A DNA stretch of 64,000 nt from Selaginella moellendorffii (taxonomy: Eukaryota > Plantae > Lycopodiophyta): the NCBI RefSeq assembly GCF_000143415.4, contig NW_003314268.1, forward strand, positions 2,310,494-2,374,493. The letters are read 5' to 3'. How positions within the stretch are numbered: position 1 is the stretch's first letter; each line of letters starts with the position of its first letter. Below the pieces are notes generated by a model that was not told the origin of the DNA, ran no database searches, and was given only the letters and a program-made list of their open reading frames with translations. Both the position numbers and the translations under genes were made by a program. This document shows positions 39,151 to 51,834 of the stretch, piece after piece.

Positions 39151-42100
39151 ATGGCGGTAGTGGCGCCACTGCACAGCGCCTTCTTGTCTCCATGGAGCGG
39201 CGCCAGCAGCGCCAATGCGGCGCCACTGCGCGAGAGATTCAGCGTGATTGCGGCGGCCGTGACGAGCAGTCCGAGCAGCTCTCCGGCAATCCGGACTGGG
39301 CGCGATCGTCTCGACAAGGTGAAATCGATATTTGGGAAGAATGCGGCTCTTGGATCGATTCTCTGGTGTTGGCCGCGCAGGTTCCAGTGCCGCAAATCCG
39401 GAATTTCTCCATAATCGCGCACATCGACCATGGCAAATCGACCCTGGCGGACAAGCTCTTGCAGCTGACTGGGACCGTGGAGGATCGAGACATGAAGGAG
39501 CAGTTCTTGGATAATATGGATCTCGAGAGAGAACGAGGGATTACTATCAAGCTCCAGGTCAGTTTCTTCATAGAATCTCTAGTTTCGTGTGTATAATCTG
39601 GAAGGAGACCTACAGACAGCAAGAATGCGATATATTAGCGAGGACTCTTTGCCATACTGCCTCAATCTCATAGACACTCCCGGTCACGTCGATTTTTCTT
39701 ACGAGGTATTGATCTTTTCGTTTTGTTGTTTGCCTGTGACTCTACCATTTGTGAAGGTCTCGAGGTCACTAGCTGCTTGCGAAGGAGCACTTTTAGTTGT
39801 GGATGCCTCTCAAGTAAGTGTTTGCTTTGATTCTAAGTTTTTTCTAGCGATTTTATGCGAACTCTTCTTGCAGGGGGTGGAAGCTCAGACTCTCGCAAAT
39901 GTGTATCTAGCCCTCGAAAACAATTTGGAGATAATACCTGTGAGTATAGTATTTGCGCTCTTTACGTTCAATGCAGCAAACTAATTCGCTGTATTGCAGG
40001 TTTTAAACAAGATAGATCTTCCTGGAGCTGATCCCGACCGCGTTCGCCAGGAGATCGAAGAGGTCAGGTTGATAGCTTGATTTGTGGCTAAATTTGGATC
40101 TTCAGATAGTAGGCTTAGATTGTACAGACGCAATTTTGTGCTCAGCAAAGGTAACCTTTTTCCGTTCTTCTTGTAAGTTTCTTTGAGCATGTTCTTGGCC
40201 TTACTCAGGAAGGGATAGGTATTTATGAAATTTTAGAAGCGGTCGTGAAAAAAATTCCCCCGCCGAAGGATACAACCGCTGACCCTCTTAGAGCTCTCAT
40301 TTTTGACAGGTTGAAAATGGTTTTTAGCTTTTGCACGCTGTGTAACACTACATTTTTTTGCAGTTACTACGATCCCTACCGCGGCGTCATCGTGTACTTT
40401 AGAGTCGTAGATGGGAGCTTGCGTCGAGGAGAATCAGTAAAATTTATGGCTAGTGGAAAGGTGGGTATTTTCCTCATATGCAGCTGCTCGGAACGTGTAT
40501 TTGGCATGCAGGAATACCAGGTTGATGAAATCGGAGTATTGTCGCCTTCACAAATGCCCGTGCAGCAGCTGTACGCAGGAGAGGTACGCACCTTTAACAC
40601 ACATTTTGTCTTGACGATGTTCCTTTGTAAAGGTCGGGTATCTTGCGGCATCAATTCGCTCAGTCGCTGACGCAAGGGTTGGAGATACCATTACAAGTTC
40701 TTCCAGAAAAGCTGAAAAGGCGCTTCCTGGATATCAGCAGGCAACTCCAATGGTTTTCTGTGGCCTCTTTCCTATTGATGCAGATCAGTGAGTCTACTTG
40801 TTGCACTAATGAAATACCTGAACTCGTCCTGTTTCAACAGGTTTCCCGAGTTAAGAGAAGCACTGGGGAAATTGCAGCTAAATGATGCTGCTTTAAGAGT
40901 ATGGCCTCGATGCTAAGCCGCCACCTATTAAACACTGATGCCATTGTATCTAGAATTCTGCAGTTTGAACCGGAAAGTTCGAGTGCAATGGGATTTGGAT
41001 TTCGATGTGGATTTCTTGGCCTTTTGCACATGGAAATAGTACAGGTAATAATTGGCGCATTTTCATTCTTTTCTTAAGTTTTCATGAAACGCTTACAGGA
41101 AAGACTAGAAAGGGAGTACAATTTAAATTTGATTACAACCGCACCAAGTGTTGTGTACAATATTGAACGGCTTGACGGAGAAACTGTAAGTACCGTTTTT
41201 CTTGGTAAAACCGTGATGATATCTTGATTCCCAGGTTGAATGCTCGAATCCTTCGGAACTCCCTGAAAATCGCAAATGTATTTCGGAGCCTTATGTGAAG
41301 GTGGGCATAATTTTATATGGCTTTTTGCAAAAGTTTAAACTTTTAAGATCCAGATTGATCTGATAACACCGAAAGAGTACATTGGCACTCTGATGGAGCT
41401 CGCACAAGAAAGGCGTGGAGAATTCAGAGAGATGAATTATATCACTGAAAACCGTGCTTGTGTTGTTTATGATCTTCCTCTGGCTGAGGTACAGTACTCT
41501 CAAGCATTTTCTTCTGCTTGAATGCCGTTTAACATTTTGGTAGATGGTTGGAGATTTCTTTGATCAATTGAAGTCACGTAGCAAGGGCTACGCGAGCATG
41601 GAGTACTCCATTACCGGGTAGATCAAAAGCTCTTCGTAGGCTGGTATTGAATCATACGTTTAATCATGCAGATATCGCGTGAGTGATCTTGTCAAACTTG
41701 ATATACGAATCAATGGGGAGCCTGTGGAGCCGCTATCGGCAATCGTTCACAAAGATAAGGTATTTGTTCACTGTTTCTACTCAGCATAGCAATTTAATCT
41801 CTCCATTTCGACAGGCGTACACCATAGGACGCGCTCTGACGGAGAAACTCAAAAGTTTGATTCCCCGCCAGCTCTTCAAAATACCAATTCAGGTGCCACC
41901 TCTTTCATTTTCCGTATTCTACATAACTCTAACCCATGATCTCCGTACAGGTTTCCCTTGGGTTTAGAGTCTTTGCCAGTGAACAAACCTGAGCCATGCG
42001 CAAAGACGTGCTGGCCAAGTGCTACGGTCTGTGCTCTCCTTTCAACTCTTTGTACAGCTCTCAAAACTTCTCAATGCTGCAGGAGGAGACATAACGAGCA

Positions 42101-42265
42101 AGAAGAAGCTGTTGAAGAAACAAGTAAGTAGATAAGCCACTTGATACACAGCTCACTTGTTCAATGCAGGCCGAAGGCAAGAATCGAATGAAATCGGTGG
42201 GAAGAGTGGAGGTTCCCCAAGACGCGTTCATGGCGGTGTTAAGGCTTGAGAAAGATGTGGTTTAA
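39151..42265 (+). CDS. lepA: Plastid translation factor LepA/EF4 (GUF1 homolog)
   Basis: Transit peptide, [59 protein letters not shown] and [12 protein letters not shown]; about 18 short introns. One in-frame TGA at 41990. Confidence 0.93.
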
Positions 42266-42489
42266 TTGTAAGAGGTACAATGAACAAGGTACTGGAAAGC
42301 CAGAATGGCCTACACAAGCGTGCAATCTAGCGGACTAATCTTCCGGGGGGACAGTATTTTGCCGCAATCTCTGCAATAAGCTCTTCCTAAAGAACTTTAA
42401 ACAGCGTTTGGCGCCAATTTCATGAAATTAGGGTTCTTAAAAGTAAGCATATAGAATATTCTATCTTCTCCTTAGTTTGCCCTAATGCT

Positions 42490-45400
42490 ATGGCGGATTT
42501 GCAAGCGATCGTCTCTCAACTCAATGCATCGCCGCTCTTCTACACGATCTCTCTTCTGGAATTTAGGTTTGCGGATTTGCGCTGAATCACTGCTAGACAA
42601 TTTTTTATTTTTTTTTCTTTTATTGAGCAGCCAAAAGAGTCCCCAGCAGCTGCGGCAGCTACTTGTCCGCGTTTTGAGCTACATCAGTCCCAGCCAGGTA
42701 ACGCATCCATCTAAATACCTATCGATTCATTCTTCTTCCAGAAGAAATGCTTGGAGAGCGATGGGCTAGAGGCGTCCACTGCTTGCATGATTGAGCTCTT
42801 GCGCTCCTATTATTTCCCCAACATGGATGCGTAAGAAGAAAATATTTTTTTCTGCTCTTTTCGCTTGGATTCAATCGCTCCCCTAATGCAGGATATCATT
42901 TCGTCAAGGTCTATCTTCCGGGAGCAAAGACGTGATTTATCCTTTGCTCTCGTGGCTGCTTCCTCAGGTCATTTTCCATCTAAACAGTAATGCAAAGTGA
43001 GTTTTGTTTCTTCCTTTCTCATATTCTGACTTCTTTTTCCTGGTGGCTGCTTGGCTATTGTTTTCTAGATTCTGGTGTTTAAGAAGCACGTATACTTGTC
43101 ACACTTTCTAAGCGAAGTGGAGATTCCTGGAGAGCTTCTCTTGGACGAGGACTGCAACATCTTGCAAGCGCAATGCGGAGCTCTGAGGGACCATTTCAAA
43201 GCCAACTATTGCCGCCTGCAAAGCCTCCAGGAAGCGCAGACGGAGAAAGACGTGGTCTCTTTGCGAGAAAACGTCCACAAACTAGAAGCCGAGAAAGAAC
43301 ACCTGTCTACAAAAATCTCCAAACTGCGAGCCAAGCTCCAAGTAAGTCGTTCACATCTGGTTTCTTTTTCGTCGTTCTCCTGCTGCTAGATTGTGCTTTG
43401 TTTGGTTTTGTCCAGCATGTAGCAAAGCTCGATCAAATCCTTGCATTGGTTGAGCAACACAGGGTCGAAAAGCTGGATGAGACGAACTTGGCGAACAATG
43501 TAAAGGAACAAAAGCGAGCTTTAGCTGCCGAGTCAGGTAGAAATCTAAATCATCCTCCTAGTTCCTTCCAAATTGGTCGATTGATTGCAACAATATGCCG
43601 CGCAGGGAAGCACGGGAAAGCACTGCTCAAGCTCGAGTACATGCAGGCCCTAGTGAACACACCACCTCCGCTCATGAGCGAAAGAATTGCTCAGGAAATA
43701 TCAATGCTACGCTATCTCGCCGACACAAAACTTCCAAAGGTGGGGGGATTTATATCTTCCACTCCTGTTGATTGACCTTGTCTCTTCCAAACTCTTATTC
43801 AGGAGCTGGCAGACAAGCAGCGACACAAAGACGCTCTTGACAAAGTTTTGAATGCTGCCAACTACGGCGATGACAAAATCTCGCGAATTCAGGTACTCTT
43901 CGTGTTTTTCATCCTTTTTTGTTGCAATGGAGGTTCTTTCGACACAGGCAAAGCTTGTATCAGCAAACAACGAGCTCAAATCTCTGAGGAAACGAAGCTG
44001 CCCGGAGAAGAGAAACGAGCTCTCCTCCGACGGCGACTCTGTGCAGTGGCAGCAGAGTGCTTTGGTCGCCGAGAGGCTCAAAGTAGCGTTTGACAAGCTC
44101 ACGGCTCTCACGGCAAGAAAAGAGCAACTCGTGGTCGACCTCTCTCAAAAAACCAACTTCATCAACGAGGCAAATATCTTTCTCTATTTGTTTACAATTT
44201 CGATTTTCTTTTTACCAACTTAGTTGCATCTGTTTCAGGTCAAAGGCACAGTTCTACGAGGAGAAGAACTCAAACAGTTTGTGGAATCACTGCGAGCGAA
44301 GAGCATCACGTACAGGACGATGAAAAAGGAGATTGACGACATGGCCACCGAGTTTGGAGTCTTGCGAAGAACGCTGCAAGTTCTCCAGCACCAGGCCTCC
44401 TCCATGCCACACCCCGTCGTTCCTGGTAAATCAAACTAAACTCACAAGGTAAGAGCCAAAGCTATGTTACACGAACTGGAATGTTACAGGAATGCTGGAA
44501 GACGTGCTCGAGTCGAGCGGCGGGGACGAGGAGCTGGACAAGGCCATCGGCACGTTGACTTCGCTGCTGGCGGAGGTCAACGAGTCGCTCCGGGAGAACA
44601 AGGAGAAAGTCGCCCCCAGGGTCAAACTCCTGCAGAGCCTGAGGAAGACCAAGCAGGACCTGGAGATCGTCCACGCGGAAAAGAAGCGCCACCACTTGGA
44701 AGTCTCGTCTCTCTATGAAAGGTCGGATCCCAAGTCTCTTCCTTTTCTTCTTCCTCCTCGGTGGAGTAAAGACCTCTAAGTTTTTGTTTCGTCGCGTGCT
44801 GGTGATGTCTCTTAGGAAGCTAAGCAGGCTGCAAAACGAAGTGGAGTCAGTCCAGAGAGAGTTTGCACGGGAAAACAAGCTGTACCAGGACAAGTGCGCA
44901 GAGCTCGAGGCCGTGGAATCGTCCTTGGAAGAAGGCAAGCGCCAGCTTTCTTTCCTCTTAAACTCCTCGCGTTTTAACCTTTAACGTCCAGTCTCCAAGG
45001 AGCAGCAGGGATCGCTAATCAGCCTCGGACTCCGTAACGAGCTCCAGCGACAGGAGGAGTTGAAGTTCACGCTGGAGCAGCGGCAGCAAAGGCTGAAGGT
45101 GACACACATCAAACTCTGTCCTCCCTGTGTAGTCGAGTCTAGGAAAAAAGCCCAGCCCACGCCCAGTCTCCTCTTCCACGGCCATGGACCTCGCCTCTTT
45201 TTAAGTTTTAACTCGGGTGCTTGTGTTGTGTGCCGCGATGTAGGACGTGGAGCAGTACAATAATTTGCAGATGGCCATGATGAAGGACCTGGTGACACTT
45301 CTTTCTGCAAAGCTGAAGCAGTACTCGTCCGCGGCCAGGCCAGCAATCTATTCATCTGTCACGGCACTTGAAACGGTAAGTCAAAAGGGAGAAAAGCACC

Positions 45401-45509
45401 TGTGCCTTTGGTTACCTCCCTGGTACTGTGTTGCTCACAAAACAAGCTACTTTCTGTGTCTGTATTTGTGTGAACTTCACAGGAGGCGGACGACAGGAGC
45501 CAGCTCTAA
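42490..45509 (+). CDS. IFT81: Intraflagellar transport protein 81
   Basis: MADLQAIVSQLN..., FRQGLSSGSKDVIYPLLSWLL, YLSHFLSEVEIPGELL and VLRGEELKQFVESLRAKSITYR match IFT81 CH and coiled-coil segments. Confidence 0.85.
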
Positions 45510-45740
45510 TTTACGCCAACTTGATCCCATCCAAGGCGTCGCTTTTCCTGCTGATGCCGACTTCTCGTGAATGTCACTTCTATTCTATGCTTCTTCCTCC
45601 TCTCTGGCTACATTGATCTGTTAACTGCAAGCACCAGAGGCTTCAATTTAGAACGGAATCTGACCAAGTTGCTCTCAATCCAAACTGTAAATGATGTACC
45701 TGATTGATGAGGTGATTTAAGTTATGAGGCTTGTCTCGTG

Positions 45741-47686
45741 TCAGGAGCCAATCGCGCTTGTCAATGGCAGGGTACTGCAGCTTGATCCGTTATACGTGCT
45801 CCATAATGAGAGGCCCTGATCATCTGTTGTAGTAACTTCTTCAGCGGCTGGCTCGGCCTGGTTTTCCTGCTGTTGCTGCTCCGATTGCTGGTCATTGGAG
45901 CCATCATCTTGTCCATGGAGACTCTCGCTCTGGAGAAACGTATAAGTCTCCGGCTGGAACGAGTATCGGGCATCCGGTTCCTCGTCTGGGACGTCACTAC
46001 TAGATGGTTGGTACACCTCGGAAGCAGCTAGATAGTGACCACCAACGTCCATGCTCAGTTCCTGCCCGCTCGCACCAGACGTCTTTTCGACCATTTGCCT
46101 AAACATTGATGACTGGAGCAGCAGCCCCAGGGCCGTTGGCGACGCGTCCTTCTTTTGAGCTTGGTTGCTGTTGCTACGATGATTGTTATTGTCGTGATCG
46201 TAAGAAGCGAGGCCCAACGATCCTAGTAGCGGAAGCTGCTGTTCTGCATAGTTTCCGGGTTGAATTGGTGGCCACAGTTGCTGGTTTGGTGCTTCTGCTC
46301 GGGGCATGCCTTGAAACTCCTCGCCGTCTGGTGCCACGGCCCCAGCTTTCGGCCTCAGCCAGCGAATGTATCGACTTAAGTCGAAATTGGTTACTGCATT
46401 AAGGCCTCTGTATTCTATGGCAGCCATGTCATAGGCTGCTGCAGCTTCCTCTTGAGTACCTAAATGGAAAGCATGAATGCTGATTAGCAAGATAAACAGG
46501 ATCCAATTTGTACTTACTGTACGTGCCAAGGTAGAGGTACTTGTTCCCGAACACGCGACCGATACGAGCTTCCCATCGTCCATTGTGGTGGTGCCTGTGA
46601 AAGCAGCGAAAGAGACGAGAAAAGCTCAATCTAGATATTTAAATAATGACCGGACAACGCAAGCACCTGGCCACTCCTCGGTACTTTGAAACACCTCTAG
46701 AGAACCCGCTGCTTTTCCTGTGCACAGAAAAACAAACTTATAGTCCGGTCAAGACAATGCTCAACCCCAAGCGTACCTTCTTAACGACGCAAGATACTCC
46801 TCCCTTGTGACACTCTGCATCTCGTCAATGTCTTTAGCGTAGTCTGTTACCTGCACAAATTACAAAAGGCTCTTCAGCTAGTATGCAATTTGTCAAACTG
46901 AAAGGCTTCTTACGGGGAAGTTTATAAGTGTGCCCGGACCCCAGTACTTGAGGGCAGCGAGATCGTAAGCTCTAGCAGCAGCCTCTTCATCGTCATAAGC
47001 TCCTACAAGAAAAGTTCAAGCACCAAAGAACTTTAGACACACACCACTTGATAGCGAACTATAAGGGAGCAACGCGAAAGTACCTAGATAGACTGCACGC
47101 ATCCATTGGCAAGTCCGAAGAAGCTGGTTATACATGTTTGAAACAAAGCTCGAGCTTACCTTGCTTGCCCTTCTTGTTTTGAGTATGATTCCAGGTACTT
47201 TTGTCCCATAAATGTGCTTCGTACCGACCCGTCCATCTGTGCCTGCAGCAAACGAGGAAGAAGAGAAACATTAAGAAACGAAATATTTGGAGATCGATCG
47301 GTGTAAAGGATATAGTACCTCGTGACACCTCGATAGATCGAGCTTCGCTTGCCAGCGGTGGGCGCGGGGATCTTGCACGACCTCTCCCTGCTGCTTGTTC
47401 CAGCCGGCCCTCTCTTTCTCTTCACCACCGGCGTCGACTGGGAAGATACCTGTGGCATTTGCTGCTGCTGGCTAGCACTGGCAATGGCCGCCAAGACCTC
47501 GGCGGAAGGATCGAATTCGAGCCTTGAATGAACGCCGCTGTGATCGGCCGTGAGAGGCGCCTGGTTCTCGAAATGATCCAGGCGCCCTATCAGATTATGC
47601 TGCTCCAGGACGTGATCGCTCTCGAGTTTCGGCTGCTGCTGGAGCCGATCGCTATGAATTTGGAGCCATCCGGTACCCAGCGCCAT
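45741..47686 (-). CDS. Double-AP2 transcription factor, basal ANT/WRINKLED-like group
   Basis: [24 protein letters not shown]...[25 protein letters not shown] and second domain [26 protein letters not shown]...[13 protein letters not shown]; 9-nt microexon at 47084-47092. Confidence 0.93.
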
Positions 47687-48599
47687 CGGATCGGTGGAAA
47701 TTTCGATCGATCTGCGAAGAAAGAAGGGAGAAAGGAGCAGCGCCCTGGATATTTCGGGCGAAACTCAGGAAAAGAATCGAAGCACAGCACGATGAAAATC
47801 TGCCGCGATGCGCCTTGCCAATGCCAATGCCGATGCCGCCTGTGTGTTCTTCGTCTAGAATCTGTGATCAAAAGAATGAAACGGGCGAGCGCGAGCTTTG
47901 AAGAACTCGTCTTCCACGCGATTTTATACGCCGCTGGCGTGTTCTCCGATGCATCTGATCAGCGCGTTCCTCATCCAGTAGCCACATTGCCAGAGCTCGC
48001 CGCTCGGGGACAAGATCTGGCGATCTCACCACTGTTCTTCATCCCAGACAAAACACACAAAAACCCTAGCTTCCCCATTCGCGCATTCAAATAAAACTTC
48101 ACTCCCGTCAGCCTCGCCCGTCGGCGTATTGGCAGCCCTGCTTCACTACGGATCGTATAATTATACGTAGCCGCCGCCTTACTTCGTCTCGTAGTTTACG
48201 GTTCCCATTTTTGTATTATAACATCGCTCTCCACACGCGCGGTACGCGCGATTTACGTTCGCTTTCACCTGTCCCGACTTACGGCGCCGGTCTTTTCACG
48301 CGCGTTACCCACAACATTATTACCACGCCGGATAGAATCTCCCGACGGCTTTACAAGCGCCGGAGGAGATACGTCCGGCGATCCAATGTGTGTGGCTAGA
48401 AGATCATAGCTAAAGATATCAAATCGTTCTTTAGATTAAAACGATCAAAACGAAGATCGCCCCGCCCCCCATTGTAGCAATTTTCTTACCAACGATACGA
48501 GCGAGCAAAGATTTATATCTAGGATCAAAGCGTAAGCGATGAAACGATCCAAGACTAGTGAAACTGAAAAGAAGCATGCATACCAAGAAAAAGTTCTGC

Positions 48600-49096
48600 C
48601 TAAAAAGTCGATCCATTCCAGCCAAAGTTGCTTCCCTGCAAGAAAATGGAGGACTTTAGCTTGAAATTTTTCTCTGGGAATGTTGGGATTTTGGAGGAGA
48701 GATTTTTAGAACCTTGACATCGTAGAATTTGATGTAGAAGCGATTCGGGGGCACTGCGAGCTTGGACTGGAGGAGCTCGGCTATGGCTTTGCTCAACTTC
48801 TTGTTCGAGTCGGGAGAGATTGCGCCGATTGAAACGAGCTCCCCGTATGCTGCTGGCTCCTCACTCCCTCCAAAAGAGATTGGCACAGCACCATTTATGA
48901 TGATCATCACATACTGCACAATGAGCCAAAGTTACATAAAAATCGAAATCAAATGCAGAATAATCAAAGGGATTGAAAAACTCACACTCTCTGGCTTGCC
49001 AAGAACGCGCGCGACTGTCCTGCTAGCGTCCTTGAGAATATCCGATGTCGAGACGCCATCGAGCGGCACATTGGTGCTAATGTTGAGCGTCGGCAT
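48600..49096 (-). CDS. MDL: MIF/D-dopachrome tautomerase-like protein, 3 exons
   Basis: MPTLNISTNV...GKPESYVM...FGGSEEPAAYGELVSIG...RFYIKFYDVKGSNFGWNGSTF*; catalytic Pro2. Confidence 0.93.
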
Positions 49097-49574
49097 CCTG
49101 GAAGAGACGATTTAGCTAAAACCTAGCGCTGGCGAGGGATTGGCTCGATCGAAATCTCGGTGCCGCGGCGCCAAAGATGCCCGCGAGCGAGCGAGGAGCC
49201 AAAAACCACGAAAATGGATCAAACAGACCTAGATTTCGCGTCTTCCGTGAAATGCGCCAAGCTCCTCTCTCCTTTGACGTTTAATAACTCCCGCGGGCGG
49301 CCTGGATGGCCCCATCCGCTGGCTATTCCGGAGATTGAGCATCCGACGGTCGTGCCAGGTCACCACATTCTGGGCTGGTCGTTGGAGACACTGTATGAAT
49401 TACATGGTCGATGGAAGTGTGGCCAAGTTCTCTGTACCAAAAATATGGATATGCGAATGCGAATGGATATCTTGAGATGCTCGAGCGTTCTTTTACCGTA
49501 CGCGTGCATATTCTCCAGCATATTACCGGAGCACTTCCAGCATATATGCTGCTAGATGATGAAGAGATTCGTCC

Positions 49575-51596
49575 ATGCAAGCTAAGCTTGCCGGGAGCAT
49601 AAAGCTCCACGGTGACTCACGGCTCTTGTCGGAATGTACGAAACTGTACGACTGGATATCCAGGAGTGACCACCGCCACGATAGATACCTCGCCAACTTA
49701 ATGATTGAAATGTTTGGCAAGTGTGGAAGTCCTAAAGATGCCCGCAGTGTCTTTGACTCCATCAATGGGCCCAATACTTACTCTGTAAACATGATGATAG
49801 CGGCATATGCCCAAAGCGGGTATCTTGACGATGCAAGTGGTATCTTTCTTAAAGCCTCGCAGAAAGATGCCGTAACATGGAACACTCTCTTGGCAGGAAC
49901 TGCGAGACGTGGGAGTTGTTTTCAAGCGTCTAAGATCTTTGAGAATATGCCAGAATGGGATTCCTTGGCTTTCAATGCCATGCTGATGGCATATGCCCGT
50001 GCTGGAAATCTGGATCTTGCAAAGATTCTCTTTGATCAGATGCCGGTAAGAATTCTATCCTCGTGGAACATTCTACTATCCTGCTATACTGTGCACAGCA
50101 ATTTGAATATGCTCAAAGGTTTCCTAGGCAAGATGCCGCAACACAATGGTCTGGGATGGAATTCTTTGTTGTTGCGTTATTTCCAGTCAGGAGTCTTGTC
50201 ACAAGGTAAAGGAGCGTTTGATTCTATGCTGGAGAGAGACAAAGATTCCTGGATCTATCTCGTCAGAGGATACATCCAAGCTGGAATCTTGGAATTTGCA
50301 AAGATCGTATTACAAAAGATGCCAGAGCACTGTCTCCATTGCCTCACAACACTGCTTTCTGCCTATGCCGCTAACTCCTGTACATTTGAAGCCAAAACCT
50401 TGTTCGATCAAATGCTGTATAAAGATGGAATTGCCTGGAACTCAATTCTTTCGGCATATTCCCAGAGCGGACACCCTTTTGCCGCCAAAAGCATCTTCGA
50501 TTTCATGCCTGGATGGGACACGGCGTCATGGAATATACTAGCCGTGGCTTATGCCGAGAATGGGCATCTAGACGATGCCTGGAATGTCTTTACACTGAGA
50601 AAAGAGCGTGACCTGGTGTCATGGAATTCAATCGTCAATGCGTATGCTCAGAGAAGCAATGTACACTTCGCGCTAGAGATATTCGGAAGATCCCCGGGAT
50701 GGGATTCGGTATCATGGAACATTCTCCTCCACGGTCTCGTACGAAACGAGGAGTTTTCGAAAGCAAAGCTTGTGTTTGAGAGAATGCCGGAGCGCCAAAT
50801 CATGTCTTGGGAGTGTGTGATTACAGTCTTTTCGAAATCCCTCTTCGACAGAATGCCCAAATGGAGTGTTCTCTCTTGGACGGCTCTTATTACCGCATAT
50901 ACCGCGAAAGGGCATATCAAAGAGGCGGAGAGAATCTTCTACGAGATGCCGCAGCGTGATATTGTCGCATGGAACGCTCTACTTTTTTCTTCATTACAAA
51001 GTTACCATATAGAAAAAGTCCAGAGGTGCTTTGAAATGTTTCCAAAACACGACACTCTTTCTTGGAACACTGTTCTTGCTGCGTATGCCCAAAGTGGGCA
51101 TATTAAAACGGCCAAGCTTTTGTTTGATACGAGAATGCCCTTCCACAATGCCTCTGGATGGAACACTTTAATCACTGCCTATGCCCTGGCGGGTTCGCTT
51201 TTCCAAGAGATTCTATCCCTCTTTCGATCCATGCTCCAAGAGGGCGTTCGAGCATCGCAGCCCACATTCGTGGCGATCCTGGCAGCTTTCAGCCACGCCG
51301 GGCTACTCGATCCGGCAATCCAGTGCTTCCACTGGATGATCTCGGATCACTCGATCGAACCGGCGCTGGATCACTACTGCTGCGTCGTGGATCTCCTGGG
51401 CCGAATTGGGATGCTCGAGCAATCGGAGGATCTCCTCCAAAACATGCCCTTTCTTCCCAGCGACGTGGCGATGAACACGCTGCTGGGCGCGTGCCGGATC
51501 CAGGGAGATGTTGGATGCGGCGATCGCAATGCGGGAGATCTCTTGCGATTGGATCCAAAATCATATGCTCTTCTTTCAAACCTCTATGCTACTTGA
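49575..51596 (+). CDS. Pentatricopeptide repeat protein, PLS/E class (673 aa, intronless)
   Basis: Repeated SWN.L..AY.Q.G....A..F..MP units; HYCCVVDLLGRIG and LLGACRIQGD E-domain; no DYW. Confidence 0.92.
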   Translation: MQAKLAGSIKLHGDSRLLSECTKLYDWISRSDHRHDRYLANLMIEMFGKCGSPKDARSVFDSINGPNTYSVNMMIAAYAQSGYLDDASGIFLKASQKDAVTWNTLLAGTARRGSCFQASKIFENMPEWDSLAFNAMLMAYARAGNLDLAKILFDQMPVRILSSWNILLSCYTVHSNLNMLKGFLGKMPQHNGLGWNSLLLRYFQSGVLSQGKGAFDSMLERDKDSWIYLVRGYIQAGILEFAKIVLQKMPEHCLHCLTTLLSAYAANSCTFEAKTLFDQMLYKDGIAWNSILSAYSQSGHPFAAKSIFDFMPGWDTASWNILAVAYAENGHLDDAWNVFTLRKERDLVSWNSIVNAYAQRSNVHFALEIFGRSPGWDSVSWNILLHGLVRNEEFSKAKLVFERMPERQIMSWECVITVFSKSLFDRMPKWSVLSWTALITAYTAKGHIKEAERIFYEMPQRDIVAWNALLFSSLQSYHIEKVQRCFEMFPKHDTLSWNTVLAAYAQSGHIKTAKLLFDTRMPFHNASGWNTLITAYALAGSLFQEILSLFRSMLQEGVRASQPTFVAILAAFSHAGLLDPAIQCFHWMISDHSIEPALDHYCCVVDLLGRIGMLEQSEDLLQNMPFLPSDVAMNTLLGACRIQGDVGCGDRNAGDLLRLDPKSYALLSNLYAT

Positions 51597-51834
51597 TTTG
51601 GAGCTTCCCAAAACGTGGGATCACCGTCCGATCCGTTGTGCTCGTTTCTCTTGAGCGGTCCGATCGATCTTGACCGTGGCGGGCCTTTGAAAAAAGAATA
51701 CATGGCTGGAAAGAAAGCGTGTTTGCTGTGTGTCTCAATTTTCAATGTTTTTCGCGTTGAATCGTAGAAGAGCTATCGCAACGCGCGCCGCGCGCAAATA
51801 TTTCTTGATTCGTGATTGATCTCTAGAGAAGTCA

